This document shows positions 38,108 through 47,950 of a stretch of DNA of 64,000 nt, one piece after another. Source of the stretch: an uncultured Haloferula sp. (GTDB lineage Bacteria > Verrucomicrobiota > Verrucomicrobiia > Verrucomicrobiales > Akkermansiaceae); assembly GCA_965652295.1 (NCBI GenBank), contig CBFGTS010000001.1, positions 288,001 to 352,000 on the forward strand, in the 5' to 3' direction. Below the pieces are notes generated by a model. It ran no database searches, was not told the origin of the DNA, and saw nothing but the letters and a program-made list of their open reading frames with translations. The first letter of the stretch is position 1, and each line of letters starts with the position of its first letter. Both the position numbers and the translations under genes were made by a program.

Positions 38108-40093
38108 ATGTCGAAACCGTCTCGCGCGAAACCCAACCTCCCTCTGCCTTCCTTGGTCGTGGTCGGGAATGGCATTGCCTCGGTGCGTTTCTGCGAGGAG
38201 GCGATGGCGTTGGGACTGGCCAAACGTTTTCGGATCACAGTCGTGGGAGCCGAGGTCATGCCGGGATACGATCGGGTCCGGCTTTCCCGCTACGTCGAGA
38301 CTCGTGATGCAGCCTCTCTGGTCCTGCGCCCGGCGGAGTGGTACGAAGCCGCGGGTATCCGCCTGGTGCTCGGAGAACCGGTCATCACCATCAACCGCGA
38401 GGCGGGCGAGGTTCTTACCAAGGTGGGAAGCCGGATTGCCTACGACCAGTTGGTGCTGTCGACAGGGTCCTCGGCCTTTGTTCCGCCGTTGGAAGGGGTG
38501 ACCGCCGAGGGGGTGTTCGTGTATCGAACGATTGGCGATCTGGAAGCCATCATGGCGGCTGCGAAAACCGCGAAGCGCGCGCTGGTGATCGGCGGCGGCC
38601 TGCTCGGATTGGAAGCGGCCCAGGCGGTCGATTCGCTCGGGCTGCCGGTCACGATCGTTGAACGCGCCGCTTTCCCGATGCCCCGGCAGCTCAACGCCAG
38701 GGGCGGCGATCGGGTTATGGCACGGATCAGGCAGCTGGGCATGGAGTTCCATGGTTCCTTTGCCGGCAAGGCAATCGAGCGACGGCCGGAGTCGTTGGTG
38801 CTGATCGATGAAGAAGGCCGCGAGCTGGCGGCAGACCTGATCGTGATTTCCGCCGGCATCGCGCCCAACTCGGACCTCGCCGGGCAGGCGGGGCTGGAAT
38901 GCGGCGTGCGGGGCGGCGTGGTGGTCGATGACAGCCTTTCGACCGCCGACGCCCGCATCCATGCGATCGGCGAGTGCGCCCTGCATCAGGGACAGATCTA
39001 CGGACTGGCGGCACCCGCCGCGGCGATGGCTCGATACGTCGCCCGCAAGCTGGCGGGAAAAAAGCAGAAGCCTTTCCCGAAACCGGACCTTTCCACCCGG
39101 CTCAAGATGCTGGGCCTCGACGTGTTGACGGTGGGCGATCCGCTCGACCGCGGTGAGACCTTTGAGTTCGAGTCGGCAGAAAGCTACCGCGCGATCACTC
39201 TCGACGGCCGTCGCGTTCCCGTCGGCGCACTGGGCGTGGGGGCCTGGCCGGAGTCGGCGCAGGTGCACAGCTGGTACCTCGAAGGCCGGGCGGTGCGGGA
39301 CAAGGAGATCGAGCGATTCGTTGCAGAGGGCGAGCTGCAGCCCGGCGGTGGCTCGGCCAGTGTGACCGCGTGGCCGGGTGAGCGCGTGGTTTGCAACTGC
39401 ATGTCCGTCACCAAGGAACGGCTTTGTCAGGCGATGGCCTGCGGAGCGACGACCCCCGCCACGCTGGCGGAGGCCACCGGGGCGTCCACCGTGTGCGGCT
39501 CGTGCACCGGCCTGCTGGCGGAACTCTGCGGAGACCCGGCCGAGGCACCCGTGAAACCCGCCGCGCCGCTGGTCTTGGTCTATTTCGGCGTCATCGCGTG
39601 GGTGCTGACGATGACGATCCCCGTGTTGAGTCCGCCGGTGGCGACGAGCGTCGATTCCATCGTCTATCAGCTCGACCGCTTCTGGGCGGACTCGTTGGCC
39701 AAGCAGGTCACCGGGTACTCGTTGCTCGGCGTGTGCCTCCTGGCGTTGGCGATTTCGGCACGCAAGCGGCTTCCGAGATTCCGCTTCGGATCGTTCGCGA
39801 AATGGAGGGTCTTCCACGCCGGCGTCGGGCTCTCGTCGCTGCTGCTGCTCTTCGTCCACACCGGCTTTCGTTTCGGAGGGGATCTGAACACATGGCTGAT
39901 GGGCGTGTTCGTGGGACTCAATCTGCTCGGTTCGGCCGCCGGCATCGCCGCGGGCATGGAAGTCCGGGGCGGGCCGAGATCCGCCATGCTGGCCAGGCGG
40001 ATGAGGCCGGGCCTCGTCGTCGCCCACTACGTGTTCTTCTGGCCGCTGCCGGTGCTGGTCGGGTTCCACATCGCCGCCGCCTACCTCTACTAG
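38108..40093 (+). CDS. NirB-N-terminal-like FAD/NAD(P)H oxidoreductase fused to BFD [2Fe-2S] and a C-terminal membrane domain
   Basis: VVVGNG, IGGGLLGLEAA, AIGECA; CNC...CGSC; about 5 TM helices with two H-x13-H pairs; no siroheme domain. Confidence 0.85.
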   Translation: MSKPSRAKPNLPLPSLVVVGNGIASVRFCEEAMALGLAKRFRITVVGAEVMPGYDRVRLSRYVETRDAASLVLRPAEWYEAAGIRLVLGEPVITINREAGEVLTKVGSRIAYDQLVLSTGSSAFVPPLEGVTAEGVFVYRTIGDLEAIMAAAKTAKRALVIGGGLLGLEAAQAVDSLGLPVTIVERAAFPMPRQLNARGGDRVMARIRQLGMEFHGSFAGKAIERRPESLVLIDEEGRELAADLIVISAGIAPNSDLAGQAGLECGVRGGVVVDDSLSTADARIHAIGECALHQGQIYGLAAPAAAMARYVARKLAGKKQKPFPKPDLSTRLKMLGLDVLTVGDPLDRGETFEFESAESYRAITLDGRRVPVGALGVGAWPESAQVHSWYLEGRAVRDKEIERFVAEGELQPGGGSASVTAWPGERVVCNCMSVTKERLCQAMACGATTPATLAEATGASTVCGSCTGLLAELCGDPAEAPVKPAAPLVLVYFGVIAWVLTMTIPVLSPPVATSVDSIVYQLDRFWADSLAKQVTGYSLLGVCLLALAISARKRLPRFRFGSFAKWRVFHAGVGLSSLLLLFVHTGFRFGGDLNTWLMGVFVGLNLLGSAAGIAAGMEVRGGPRSAMLARRMRPGLVVAHYVFFWPLPVLVGFHIAAAYLY

Positions 40094-40113
40094 GTCTTCC
40101 GTAGAAAACTTTG

Positions 40114-41541
40114 ATGTTCATCCGATTCCATCGCCGCACTCAGATCACCGCCTGGTTCCTCGTGGCTGGCGCACTGGCCGGAGGATGGGCGCAGGTGTTT
40201 TTTCGGGCGGAGGACAAGACGGCGATCATGCCCGGGGATACCTCGCACGGGCACCATCAGATCGAGCTCCAGTGCTCGGCCTGCCATGACACCGGCTCGG
40301 GCGGGGCGCTGGTCACGGCGGTCACCAACGACGCCTGCCTCAAGTGCCACGACCAGGATCTCGACGAGGCGGACGACTCGCACCCGGTGGTGAAGTTCAA
40401 GAAGCCGGAGAACCGGCCGTTTTTCGAAAAGATCGATGCCCAGCGCTGCATCACCTGCCACACCGAGCACCGGCCGGAGGCCACCGGATCGATGGGAGTG
40501 ACGATTCCTGCCGACTACTGCACCTACTGCCACCAGGCGACCATTGAGGAGCGCGACACCCACAAGGGCCTCGGTTTCCAGTCCTGCGCCACCGCCGGCT
40601 GCCACAACTACCACGACAACCGCGCCCTCTACGAACGCCACCTCGCGATGCACTCGCTGGACCCACCGCACCTCGACGGCGGGCGGGTGGGCGATCTCGA
40701 AAGCCTGAGGCGGTACCTTCAGGAGCATCCTGAAACGGAGCCGCTGAGGCCCGCAGCGGCCGACGCGCCGGTTGGCGTCAAGCTGCCGGACGAGGAACTC
40801 CATCGCTGGTCCGCCGACGCACACGCGCTCGCCGGGGTCAATTGCTCGGACTGCCACCAGCCCGACGGCGGCGACTGGAAGGACGAGGTGACGATGGAGA
40901 CCTGTGCGACCTGCCACACGCAGGAGCACGCCGGCTTTCTCCGGGGAAAACACGGCATGCGCCCCGCCGCCGGCATGTCGCCGATGACGCCCGCCATGGC
41001 CCGTCAGTCGATGCGGCCCGAGGCCGCCCATCGCGCCTTGGACTGCATGTCGTGCCACGGCGCGCACGCTTTCGACACCCGCCACGCGGCCGTCGCCGCC
41101 TGCATGGAATGCCACGACGACGACCACACCCGGGCCTACCGCGGATCACCCCATTTCGCCGCCTGGCGGAAGGAATTGGCCGGCGAGGCTCCCGCCGGCA
41201 GCGGCGTCTCCTGCGCCACCTGCCACATGCCCCGGGTGGAGGACGGTGCCGGCGGACTGCGGGTGGAGCACAACCAGAGTGCCAACCTCACGCCCAACGA
41301 GAAGATGCTGCGCCCCGTGTGCCAGCAATGCCACGGCCTGCCCTTCGCCATGGACGCCCTCGCCGACCGCTCGCTCATCGACCGCAATTTCACCGGCACG
41401 GCCGGGGTCCACGTCGAAAGCTGCGACTGGTCCCGCCAGCGGGCGATCGATCGCAAGGATCCCGAGTTTCTCGAACTGATCCGCCGGATGTCCGGCCAAG
41501 ACTCTCCATCCACGCCAACCAACGAACCGACACAGCAATGA
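40114..41541 (+). CDS. Multiheme cytochrome c (10 CxxCH plus 1 CX4CH)
   Basis: CSACH, CLKCH, CITCH, CTYCH, CATAGCH, CSDCH, CATCH, CMSCH, CMECH, CATCH, CQQCH; N-terminal hydrophobic anchor. Confidence 0.92.
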   Translation: MFIRFHRRTQITAWFLVAGALAGGWAQVFFRAEDKTAIMPGDTSHGHHQIELQCSACHDTGSGGALVTAVTNDACLKCHDQDLDEADDSHPVVKFKKPENRPFFEKIDAQRCITCHTEHRPEATGSMGVTIPADYCTYCHQATIEERDTHKGLGFQSCATAGCHNYHDNRALYERHLAMHSLDPPHLDGGRVGDLESLRRYLQEHPETEPLRPAAADAPVGVKLPDEELHRWSADAHALAGVNCSDCHQPDGGDWKDEVTMETCATCHTQEHAGFLRGKHGMRPAAGMSPMTPAMARQSMRPEAAHRALDCMSCHGAHAFDTRHAAVAACMECHDDDHTRAYRGSPHFAAWRKELAGEAPAGSGVSCATCHMPRVEDGAGGLRVEHNQSANLTPNEKMLRPVCQQCHGLPFAMDALADRSLIDRNFTGTAGVHVESCDWSRQRAIDRKDPEFLELIRRMSGQDSPSTPTNEPTQQ

Positions 41542-42149
41542 AAACGACACCAACCGTCGCCCTCACGGGCGCTCTCACCACCGCGTTCCTCCTTTCCTCC
41601 TGCGGGGAGAAGGAAAGCACCGCCTCCGCCACCCCCGGCGGATTCACTTCCGAACAGGTTGCCGATACGGTGTATACCGTACTTGCCGCCGACCGGAAGG
41701 TCTACGCCTCGAAGATCGTCAACCGCCTCGTCAATGAGGAGAAGGTGATCAAGGCCCACGAGAACCACCTCGACGAAAAGGCGCTGCCGCTGCCCGCCCA
41801 GGTCTTCCGCATGGGAGCCGAGGAGGTGGACATGGTGGACGACAAGACCGTCGATTTCTCCTACTCGCTCCAGTCGCTGTGGCCGCTCAACAAGGAGAAC
41901 GCCAAGAAGCAGACGGATAAGGTGCGGGAGGGCCTGCAATACCTCGTCGACAATCCGGGTGCCGCGAAGTGGACCGGTGAGGAGGAGATCTCCGGCCAGA
42001 AGTACTTCATCGGTGTCTATCCGGACAAGGCCGTGGCACCCGCATGCTTCACCTGCCACAACAATCACGCCGACAAGGAACCCGACTTCCCTGAGTTCAA
42101 GCTCGGCGACGTGATGGGCGGAGTGGTCATCCGCATTCCCACGGAATGA
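41538..42149 (+). CDS. DUF3365/Tll0287-like monoheme cytochrome c lipoprotein
   Basis: Lipobox LSSC; LPLPAQ.FR, SLWPLNK, ACFTCHN.H...F.LGDVMGG.VIRIP; ATGA overlap with upstream gene. Confidence 0.8.
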   Translation: MKTTPTVALTGALTTAFLLSSCGEKESTASATPGGFTSEQVADTVYTVLAADRKVYASKIVNRLVNEEKVIKAHENHLDEKALPLPAQVFRMGAEEVDMVDDKTVDFSYSLQSLWPLNKENAKKQTDKVREGLQYLVDNPGAAKWTGEEEISGQKYFIGVYPDKAVAPACFTCHNNHADKEPDFPEFKLGDVMGGVVIRIPTE

Positions 42150-42159
42150 AGCAGCGGCC

Positions 42160-42570
42160 ATGAATTTCCATCTGCCGCTGTTCGCCGTCCTGCTGCCGGT
42201 CCTCGCTTCGTGCGATGGGCCGGCGGCCGAGGCGGTCGCTTCCAAGCCGGCGAAGCCCGCCCGCTTCGTGCCGTCCGAGTGGCAGCCCGACGACCCCGAG
42301 CTCGCCCACGGCAGGAAGATCTACCATCAGACCTGCCACCTGTGCCACGAGCACGGCGAGCAAAGCGCTCCACGGCTCCGGCATCGCGAGATCTGGGCGG
42401 GGCGCGCCGCCAAAGGCACCGACGTCCTCATCCGCCATGCCACGGAAGGCTTCCGCGGCAGCGAGGGCGAGATGCCCGCCCGGGGCGGCGAGGACACCCA
42501 TAGTGATGAAGACATCGCCGCGGCCGTGAAATTCATGGTCGCCGCCAGCCAACGAACCTCAACCGATTGA
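42160..42570 (+). CDS. Cytochrome c5-family lipoprotein
   Basis: LASC lipobox, CHLCH, MPARGG axial Met motif. Confidence 0.88.
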   Translation: MNFHLPLFAVLLPVLASCDGPAAEAVASKPAKPARFVPSEWQPDDPELAHGRKIYHQTCHLCHEHGEQSAPRLRHREIWAGRAAKGTDVLIRHATEGFRGSEGEMPARGGEDTHSDEDIAAAVKFMVAASQRTSTD

Positions 42571-42574
42571 TATC

Positions 42575-42997
42575 ATGACCGAAGACCAGAAAACACTCGT
42601 CCAGGAAAGCTGGGAACTCGTCGTTCCCATTTCCGACACCGCCGCGGAGCTGTTCTATGCCCGCCTGTTCGAGCTCGACCCCGAGCTCCGTCCCTTGTTC
42701 GCCGACGCGGACATGAAAGAGCAGGGAAAGAAGCTGATGCTGATGATCACCACCGCGGTCCGCGGCCTTGGCCGCCTCGACGAGCTGATCGGAGCCATCG
42801 AAGCCATGGGCAAGCGCCACGTCGGCTACGGCGTGAAGACCGAACACTACGACACCGTGGGCACGGCCTTGCTCGATACCCTGGAAAAGGGCCTCGGCGA
42901 GGTGTGGACGCCCGACCACAAGGAGGCGTGGGCGCTGACTTACACCACCCTGGCCGATGTGATGAAAAAGGCCTCCTACGGATCCGAGGCGGCCTGA
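42575..42997 (+). CDS. Single-domain globin (flavohemoglobin-type globin domain)
   Basis: VQESW, FYARLF..DP..RPLF, QG.KL, GKRHVGYGV...HYD.VG.ALL. Confidence 0.93.
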   Translation: MTEDQKTLVQESWELVVPISDTAAELFYARLFELDPELRPLFADADMKEQGKKLMLMITTAVRGLGRLDELIGAIEAMGKRHVGYGVKTEHYDTVGTALLDTLEKGLGEVWTPDHKEAWALTYTTLADVMKKASYGSEAA

Positions 42998-43186
42998 GAA
43001 CCGGCCGGCGGGCCCGAGTGTGATCCGGGTTCGCCGGCGGGGAGGCTCGTGGTGTCATCAATGGCATGACCATCCCGGTCATGAACGCAGGAGTTCGGAT
43101 CGCCCGGCGGCATTCAGTTGCCTTCCAGAGCGTTCGGCTTCACCCATCATGAGCGGGGACGGTCATGCCACGACGAGCGGACCGCG

Positions 43187-44476
<1,290 letters not shown>

Positions 44477-44540
44477 CGGTGGGTCGAGTTAAGGCAGCGC
44501 CGGGCGGGTAGCAAGCGGCAAGGGGGCGCGGCGCGGGGTG

Positions 44541-44978
44541 TCAGGAAACAGGCGGCGGGTTGGCTTCGAGCCAGCGGTTGAGGATCTCGACGGCGGCGGC
44601 CTGGTCGATGACGGCCTTCTGGCGTTTGGCGTTGCGGCCGGCCTGGCGGAGCTTGGCGGAGGCATCGACGGTGGTGTGGGACTCATCGACGAACTCCAGG
44701 GGCAGCCCGGGCAGCCGGGCGGCGATCTTTTCCGCGAAGGCTCGGGCTTTGGCGGCGGCGGGACCTTCCTCGCCATCGAGGTTGAGGGGCAGGCCGACGA
44801 CGAGGGTGGCGATGCCGCGTCGCTGGCAGAGGACGGCGATGCGATCGACGGCATCCATCGTAGCCAGCGGGATGGTCTCGACCGGATGGGCGAGGATGCC
44901 GAGCGGATCCGTGGCGGCGACGCCGATGCGCGCGTCGCCGTAATCGATTCCAAGGGCGGGATGGAGGCCGGATTTCAG
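44541..44978 (-). CDS. ruvX: Holliday junction resolvase-like RuvX/YqgF (start uncertain, possibly CTG)
   Basis: LGIDYGDARIGVA.TD, VVGLP, VDE, IDQAAAVEIL; no in-frame ATG/GTG/TTG upstream of the first motif. Confidence 0.88.
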   Translation of the reverse strand: MKSGLHPALGIDYGDARIGVAATDPLGILAHPVETIPLATMDAVDRIAVLCQRRGIATLVVGLPLNLDGEEGPAAAKARAFAEKIAARLPGLPLEFVDESHTTVDASAKLRQAGRNAKRQKAVIDQAAAVEILNRWLEANPPPVS

Positions 44979-45005
44979 ATTGAGGATTTCAGATGGAAGA
45001 TTTTC

Positions 45006-46079
45006 CTAAAGCAACTCGGGCGGGAGCTTGGTGGAGAGGTTTTTGATCGCGTCGGCCTGGTGGCGGTTGGCGATGAGCAGGGCGTCCTCGGTCTGGACGA
45101 TGATGAGGTCATCGACGCCGAGCAGGGCGACGTGGGTGCCTTTGCGGGCGTTGAAGACGATGTTGTTCTCGGAGTCGATCTCGGAGACGGGGGTGTTGAC
45201 CTGATTGTTGTCGCCGACGGTTTCGAGGTATTTGGCGACGGAGATCCAGGAGCCGACGTCGTCCCAATCGAAGGTGGCTTCGATGTTGAGGACGCGGCGC
45301 GCCTTTTCCATGAGGGCGTAGTCGATGGAGATGGGGGTGAGCTTGGGAAACTGGGCTTCGATGGTCGCCTCGAGGTTCTTGGAGGAGCGAAGCTCGGAGA
45401 TGAAATGGCTGAGTTCCGGGGCGTGGGTGGAGAGTTCGCGGATGACGTTGGGCAGCGACCAGACGAACATGCCGGCGTTCCAGCAGAAGCCGCCCTTGGC
45501 GAGGAATTGCTCGGCGAGTTCGACGCTGGGTTTTTCGCGGAAGCGCTTCACCTCGGCGGGAGGGTGCTCGCAGCTCAGGCCGGTGATCGAGGCGCGCGGA
45601 CCGCGCTCGATGTAGCCGTAGGAGGGGCAGGGCCAGGTGGGCTTGATGCCGATGGTGACGAGGCCGTCGGATTTTTCCGCGGTGGCGATGGCATCGCGCA
45701 TGACGGAGTGGTAGGCGGCGGTGTCCTGGATGAGCTGATCGGCAGGGAGGACGAGCATGGTGGCATCCGGATCGCGGGCGGCGACGAGGCCGATGCCGAG
45801 CGCGACGGCGGGTGCGGTGTCGCGCTTGGCGGGTTCGGCGTAGATGTTCTCTGCGGGGAGCATGGAGGCGACTTCGCGGACGGCCTCGAGTTGCTTGGAG
45901 TTGGTGAGAATGAGGATGTTTTCCCGTGGGATGAGGCCTTCGAGGCGGTGGATGGTTTGCTCGAGAAGGGTGTCGGAGCCGAAGAGATTGAGGAGTTGCT
46001 TGGGCCGGGCGTCGCGGCTGAGCGGCCAGAAGCGGGTGCCGGAGCCGCCGGCGAGGATGAGAGCGTAGGTAGAGGACAT
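45006..46079 (-). CDS. manC: Mannose-1-phosphate guanylyltransferase (no PMI domain)
   Basis: LAGGSGTRFWPLSR...PKQ, EP.KRDTAPA, YGYI, F.EKP, ISIDYALME, WDDVGSW. Confidence 0.9.
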   Translation of the reverse strand: MSSTYALILAGGSGTRFWPLSRDARPKQLLNLFGSDTLLEQTIHRLEGLIPRENILILTNSKQLEAVREVASMLPAENIYAEPAKRDTAPAVALGIGLVAARDPDATMLVLPADQLIQDTAAYHSVMRDAIATAEKSDGLVTIGIKPTWPCPSYGYIERGPRASITGLSCEHPPAEVKRFREKPSVELAEQFLAKGGFCWNAGMFVWSLPNVIRELSTHAPELSHFISELRSSKNLEATIEAQFPKLTPISIDYALMEKARRVLNIEATFDWDDVGSWISVAKYLETVGDNNQVNTPVSEIDSENNIVFNARKGTHVALLGVDDLIIVQTEDALLIANRHQADAIKNLSTKLPPELL

Positions 46080-46223
46080 GAAGGAAGCGGAAGACGGGGT
46101 TGCGGCGGGAGTCTATCGATGAGGGGATCGACCGGAAGCCTGAATGCCTTGGGTGCCGCGTGGGCGGGTGAGGGCGGCGTTTTCGGGAGTTGTCGCCGGG
46201 CGGGTCCCTGCTAACTTCCGCTC

Positions 46224-46529
46224 ATGCCGATCGAAGAAGATGAAATGGCGCACGATTGGACGGACGCATCCGCGATGGTCTCGCCCGCACTCCTGGGAGC
46301 GGCCGCGGGCCTGATCCTCGGTGACATCATGCATGAGAACGCCCGCCGCGGGATCGCGATCGCGCTGGCGGCTTTGGGCGTGGCGGCGCTTTTGCCGAAA
46401 GCGGTGACCGGAATCGTGCACAAGGTGAACGGGCCGGAAAGCCAGCGGGGCGTGCAGCGCCGGCTACGGGGGATCCGTGACGCCGGCGACGGGGTGGAGA
46501 GCCTGCTGGATGAAACCGGCGTGATCTGA
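46224..46529 (+). CDS. Small hypothetical membrane protein
   Basis: Two hydrophobic segments; promoter-like TGCTAACTT just upstream. Confidence 0.6.
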   Translation: MPIEEDEMAHDWTDASAMVSPALLGAAAGLILGDIMHENARRGIAIALAALGVAALLPKAVTGIVHKVNGPESQRGVQRRLRGIRDAGDGVESLLDETGVI

Positions 46530-46630
46530 CCGGATGCGGATCGCCGTTGTGGCGGATACGTTCGTATTTGTCCGGGTCTCTGCCGTTGACCCCTGCGCGG
46601 GTGAGTGGCAGGTTTCGTTCAGTCAGATCC

Positions 46631-47317
46631 ATGAAAGCCTCTCTCTTCTGTCTTCCTCTCGCCTGCTGTTTCGTTGCCTCGTGCGGGTCCGGCGGGCCCT
46701 CGTCGGTTTCCTCCTCGACCTTCGATCCGCTGAACGCGGCGGGAGGTGTTTCGCAGCCGACGAGCATGGCTGGCCAGCAAACCCTCAGCCCGGGTGAATT
46801 CGTTCAGGCCCTGACGGACAACACGGCTCTGTTCAAGAACCGTGGCGACGACACCGCGGCGAAGCTGCTCTCTCGCGGGACGACCATGAAGGTGATCTCG
46901 GACGATGGCAGCTATGCCAAGGTGGAGCTGGATGACGGCAACGTGGGATACGTGCCCTCGGTTCAGATTGGGAATCCCTCACAGTCCATGGCGGCGGATG
47001 CTGGGACGGGTAGCGAGGTTCAGGTGTGGCCGCCGGTGGGATCGACCATCCCGCTGCCTCCCGCCGACCCGGGAGCGCCCCCGGGAGCGCCCCCGGAAGG
47101 GGCCGCGGGTGATGGGGCTCCGACCTTGCCGCCGGTGATCGATCCGGATGCACCTGCCGAGCTGCCACCGTTGCCGGACGATGCACCCACGCCGGGCCTG
47201 GGTTCGGCGCCGCCGCTCGAACCGGCCCCGGCCGCCGAGGAAGCACCGAAGGAGAAGCCCGACGCGACGGAAACCACGGCGGATGAGGAAACGCCCTCCG
47301 ACGCCGAGATGGAGTAA
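46631..47317 (+). CDS. Hypothetical lipoprotein with SH3b-like domain and Pro/acidic tail
   Basis: Lipobox VASC; L.RGTTMKVI...YAKVEL.DG.VGYV; Pro-rich C-terminus. Confidence 0.7.
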   Translation: MKASLFCLPLACCFVASCGSGGPSSVSSSTFDPLNAAGGVSQPTSMAGQQTLSPGEFVQALTDNTALFKNRGDDTAAKLLSRGTTMKVISDDGSYAKVELDDGNVGYVPSVQIGNPSQSMAADAGTGSEVQVWPPVGSTIPLPPADPGAPPGAPPEGAAGDGAPTLPPVIDPDAPAELPPLPDDAPTPGLGSAPPLEPAPAAEEAPKEKPDATETTADEETPSDAEME

Positions 47318-47337
47318 CCGTTCGATTTTCCCCAATC

Positions 47338-47372
47338 AAAAAGCCGCGATCCCTGAGGGATCGCGGCTTTTT
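47338..47372. terminator. Bidirectional intrinsic terminator
   Basis: AAAAAGCCGCGATCCC-TGA-GGGATCGCGGCTTTTT between convergent genes. Confidence 0.9.
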
Positions 47373-47388
47373 CATGAGGAGAGGGCGA

Positions 47389-47883
47389 TCAGGAAAGCTC
47401 TTTCAGAGCTGCCTTCACGGCATCGAAATCCGGAAGGTCCTTCGGATGCTCGGAGACCTGCACGTGGCGGACGATCCCTTGCTGGTCGATGACGAACGCC
47501 GAGCGCTTGGCGACGCCGCCCATGATGAGATTGGCCTCTGGCAGGAATTGCTCGTAGGCGACTCCGTAGGCCTTGGCGACCTCATGCTCGTAGTCGCTGA
47601 GCAGCTTGATGCCGATCCCGGCCTTCTGCGCCCACGCTTCCTGGGCGAAAGGATTGTCGCCGGAGATGCCGACGACGGTCGCCGACAGCGCCTCGTAGTC
47701 GGAGATGCCGGCGCTGATGTCGCAGAACTCCTGGGTGCAGACGCCGGTGAAGGCCATCGGCACGAAGAGTAGGACGAGGTTCGACTTCGCGGTGAGGTCG
47801 GAGAGTTTCACAAGTTCCGGACCGTCGGGTCCCTTGGAAACGAGAGTAAAGTCAGGGGCGATGTCGCCGATTTGGAGTGCCAT
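47389..47883 (-). CDS. Peroxiredoxin (AhpC/TSA redoxin family)
   Basis: GD.APDFTL, F.P.AFTGVCTQEFC, LLSD, RSAFVID; TTGACC-N16-TATGCT promoter at 47915-47942 (minus). Confidence 0.92.
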   Translation of the reverse strand: MALQIGDIAPDFTLVSKGPDGPELVKLSDLTAKSNLVLLFVPMAFTGVCTQEFCDISAGISDYEALSATVVGISGDNPFAQEAWAQKAGIGIKLLSDYEHEVAKAYGVAYEQFLPEANLIMGGVAKRSAFVIDQQGIVRHVQVSEHPKDLPDFDAVKAALKELS

Positions 47884-47950
47884 AAGTAGTAACGGAGGGT
47901 TAGGTTCGCGGCGCAGCATAAGGCCCGGCCCTCAGAGGTCAACGTAGCGC

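Noticed and set aside
38108..40093. Calling this gene nirB (nitrite reductase)
   Set aside because: Lacks the siroheme/[4Fe-4S] catalytic domain; no nirD nearby
40114..41541. Calling the multiheme protein nrfA
   Set aside because: No CxxCK motif, and 11 rather than 5 heme sites
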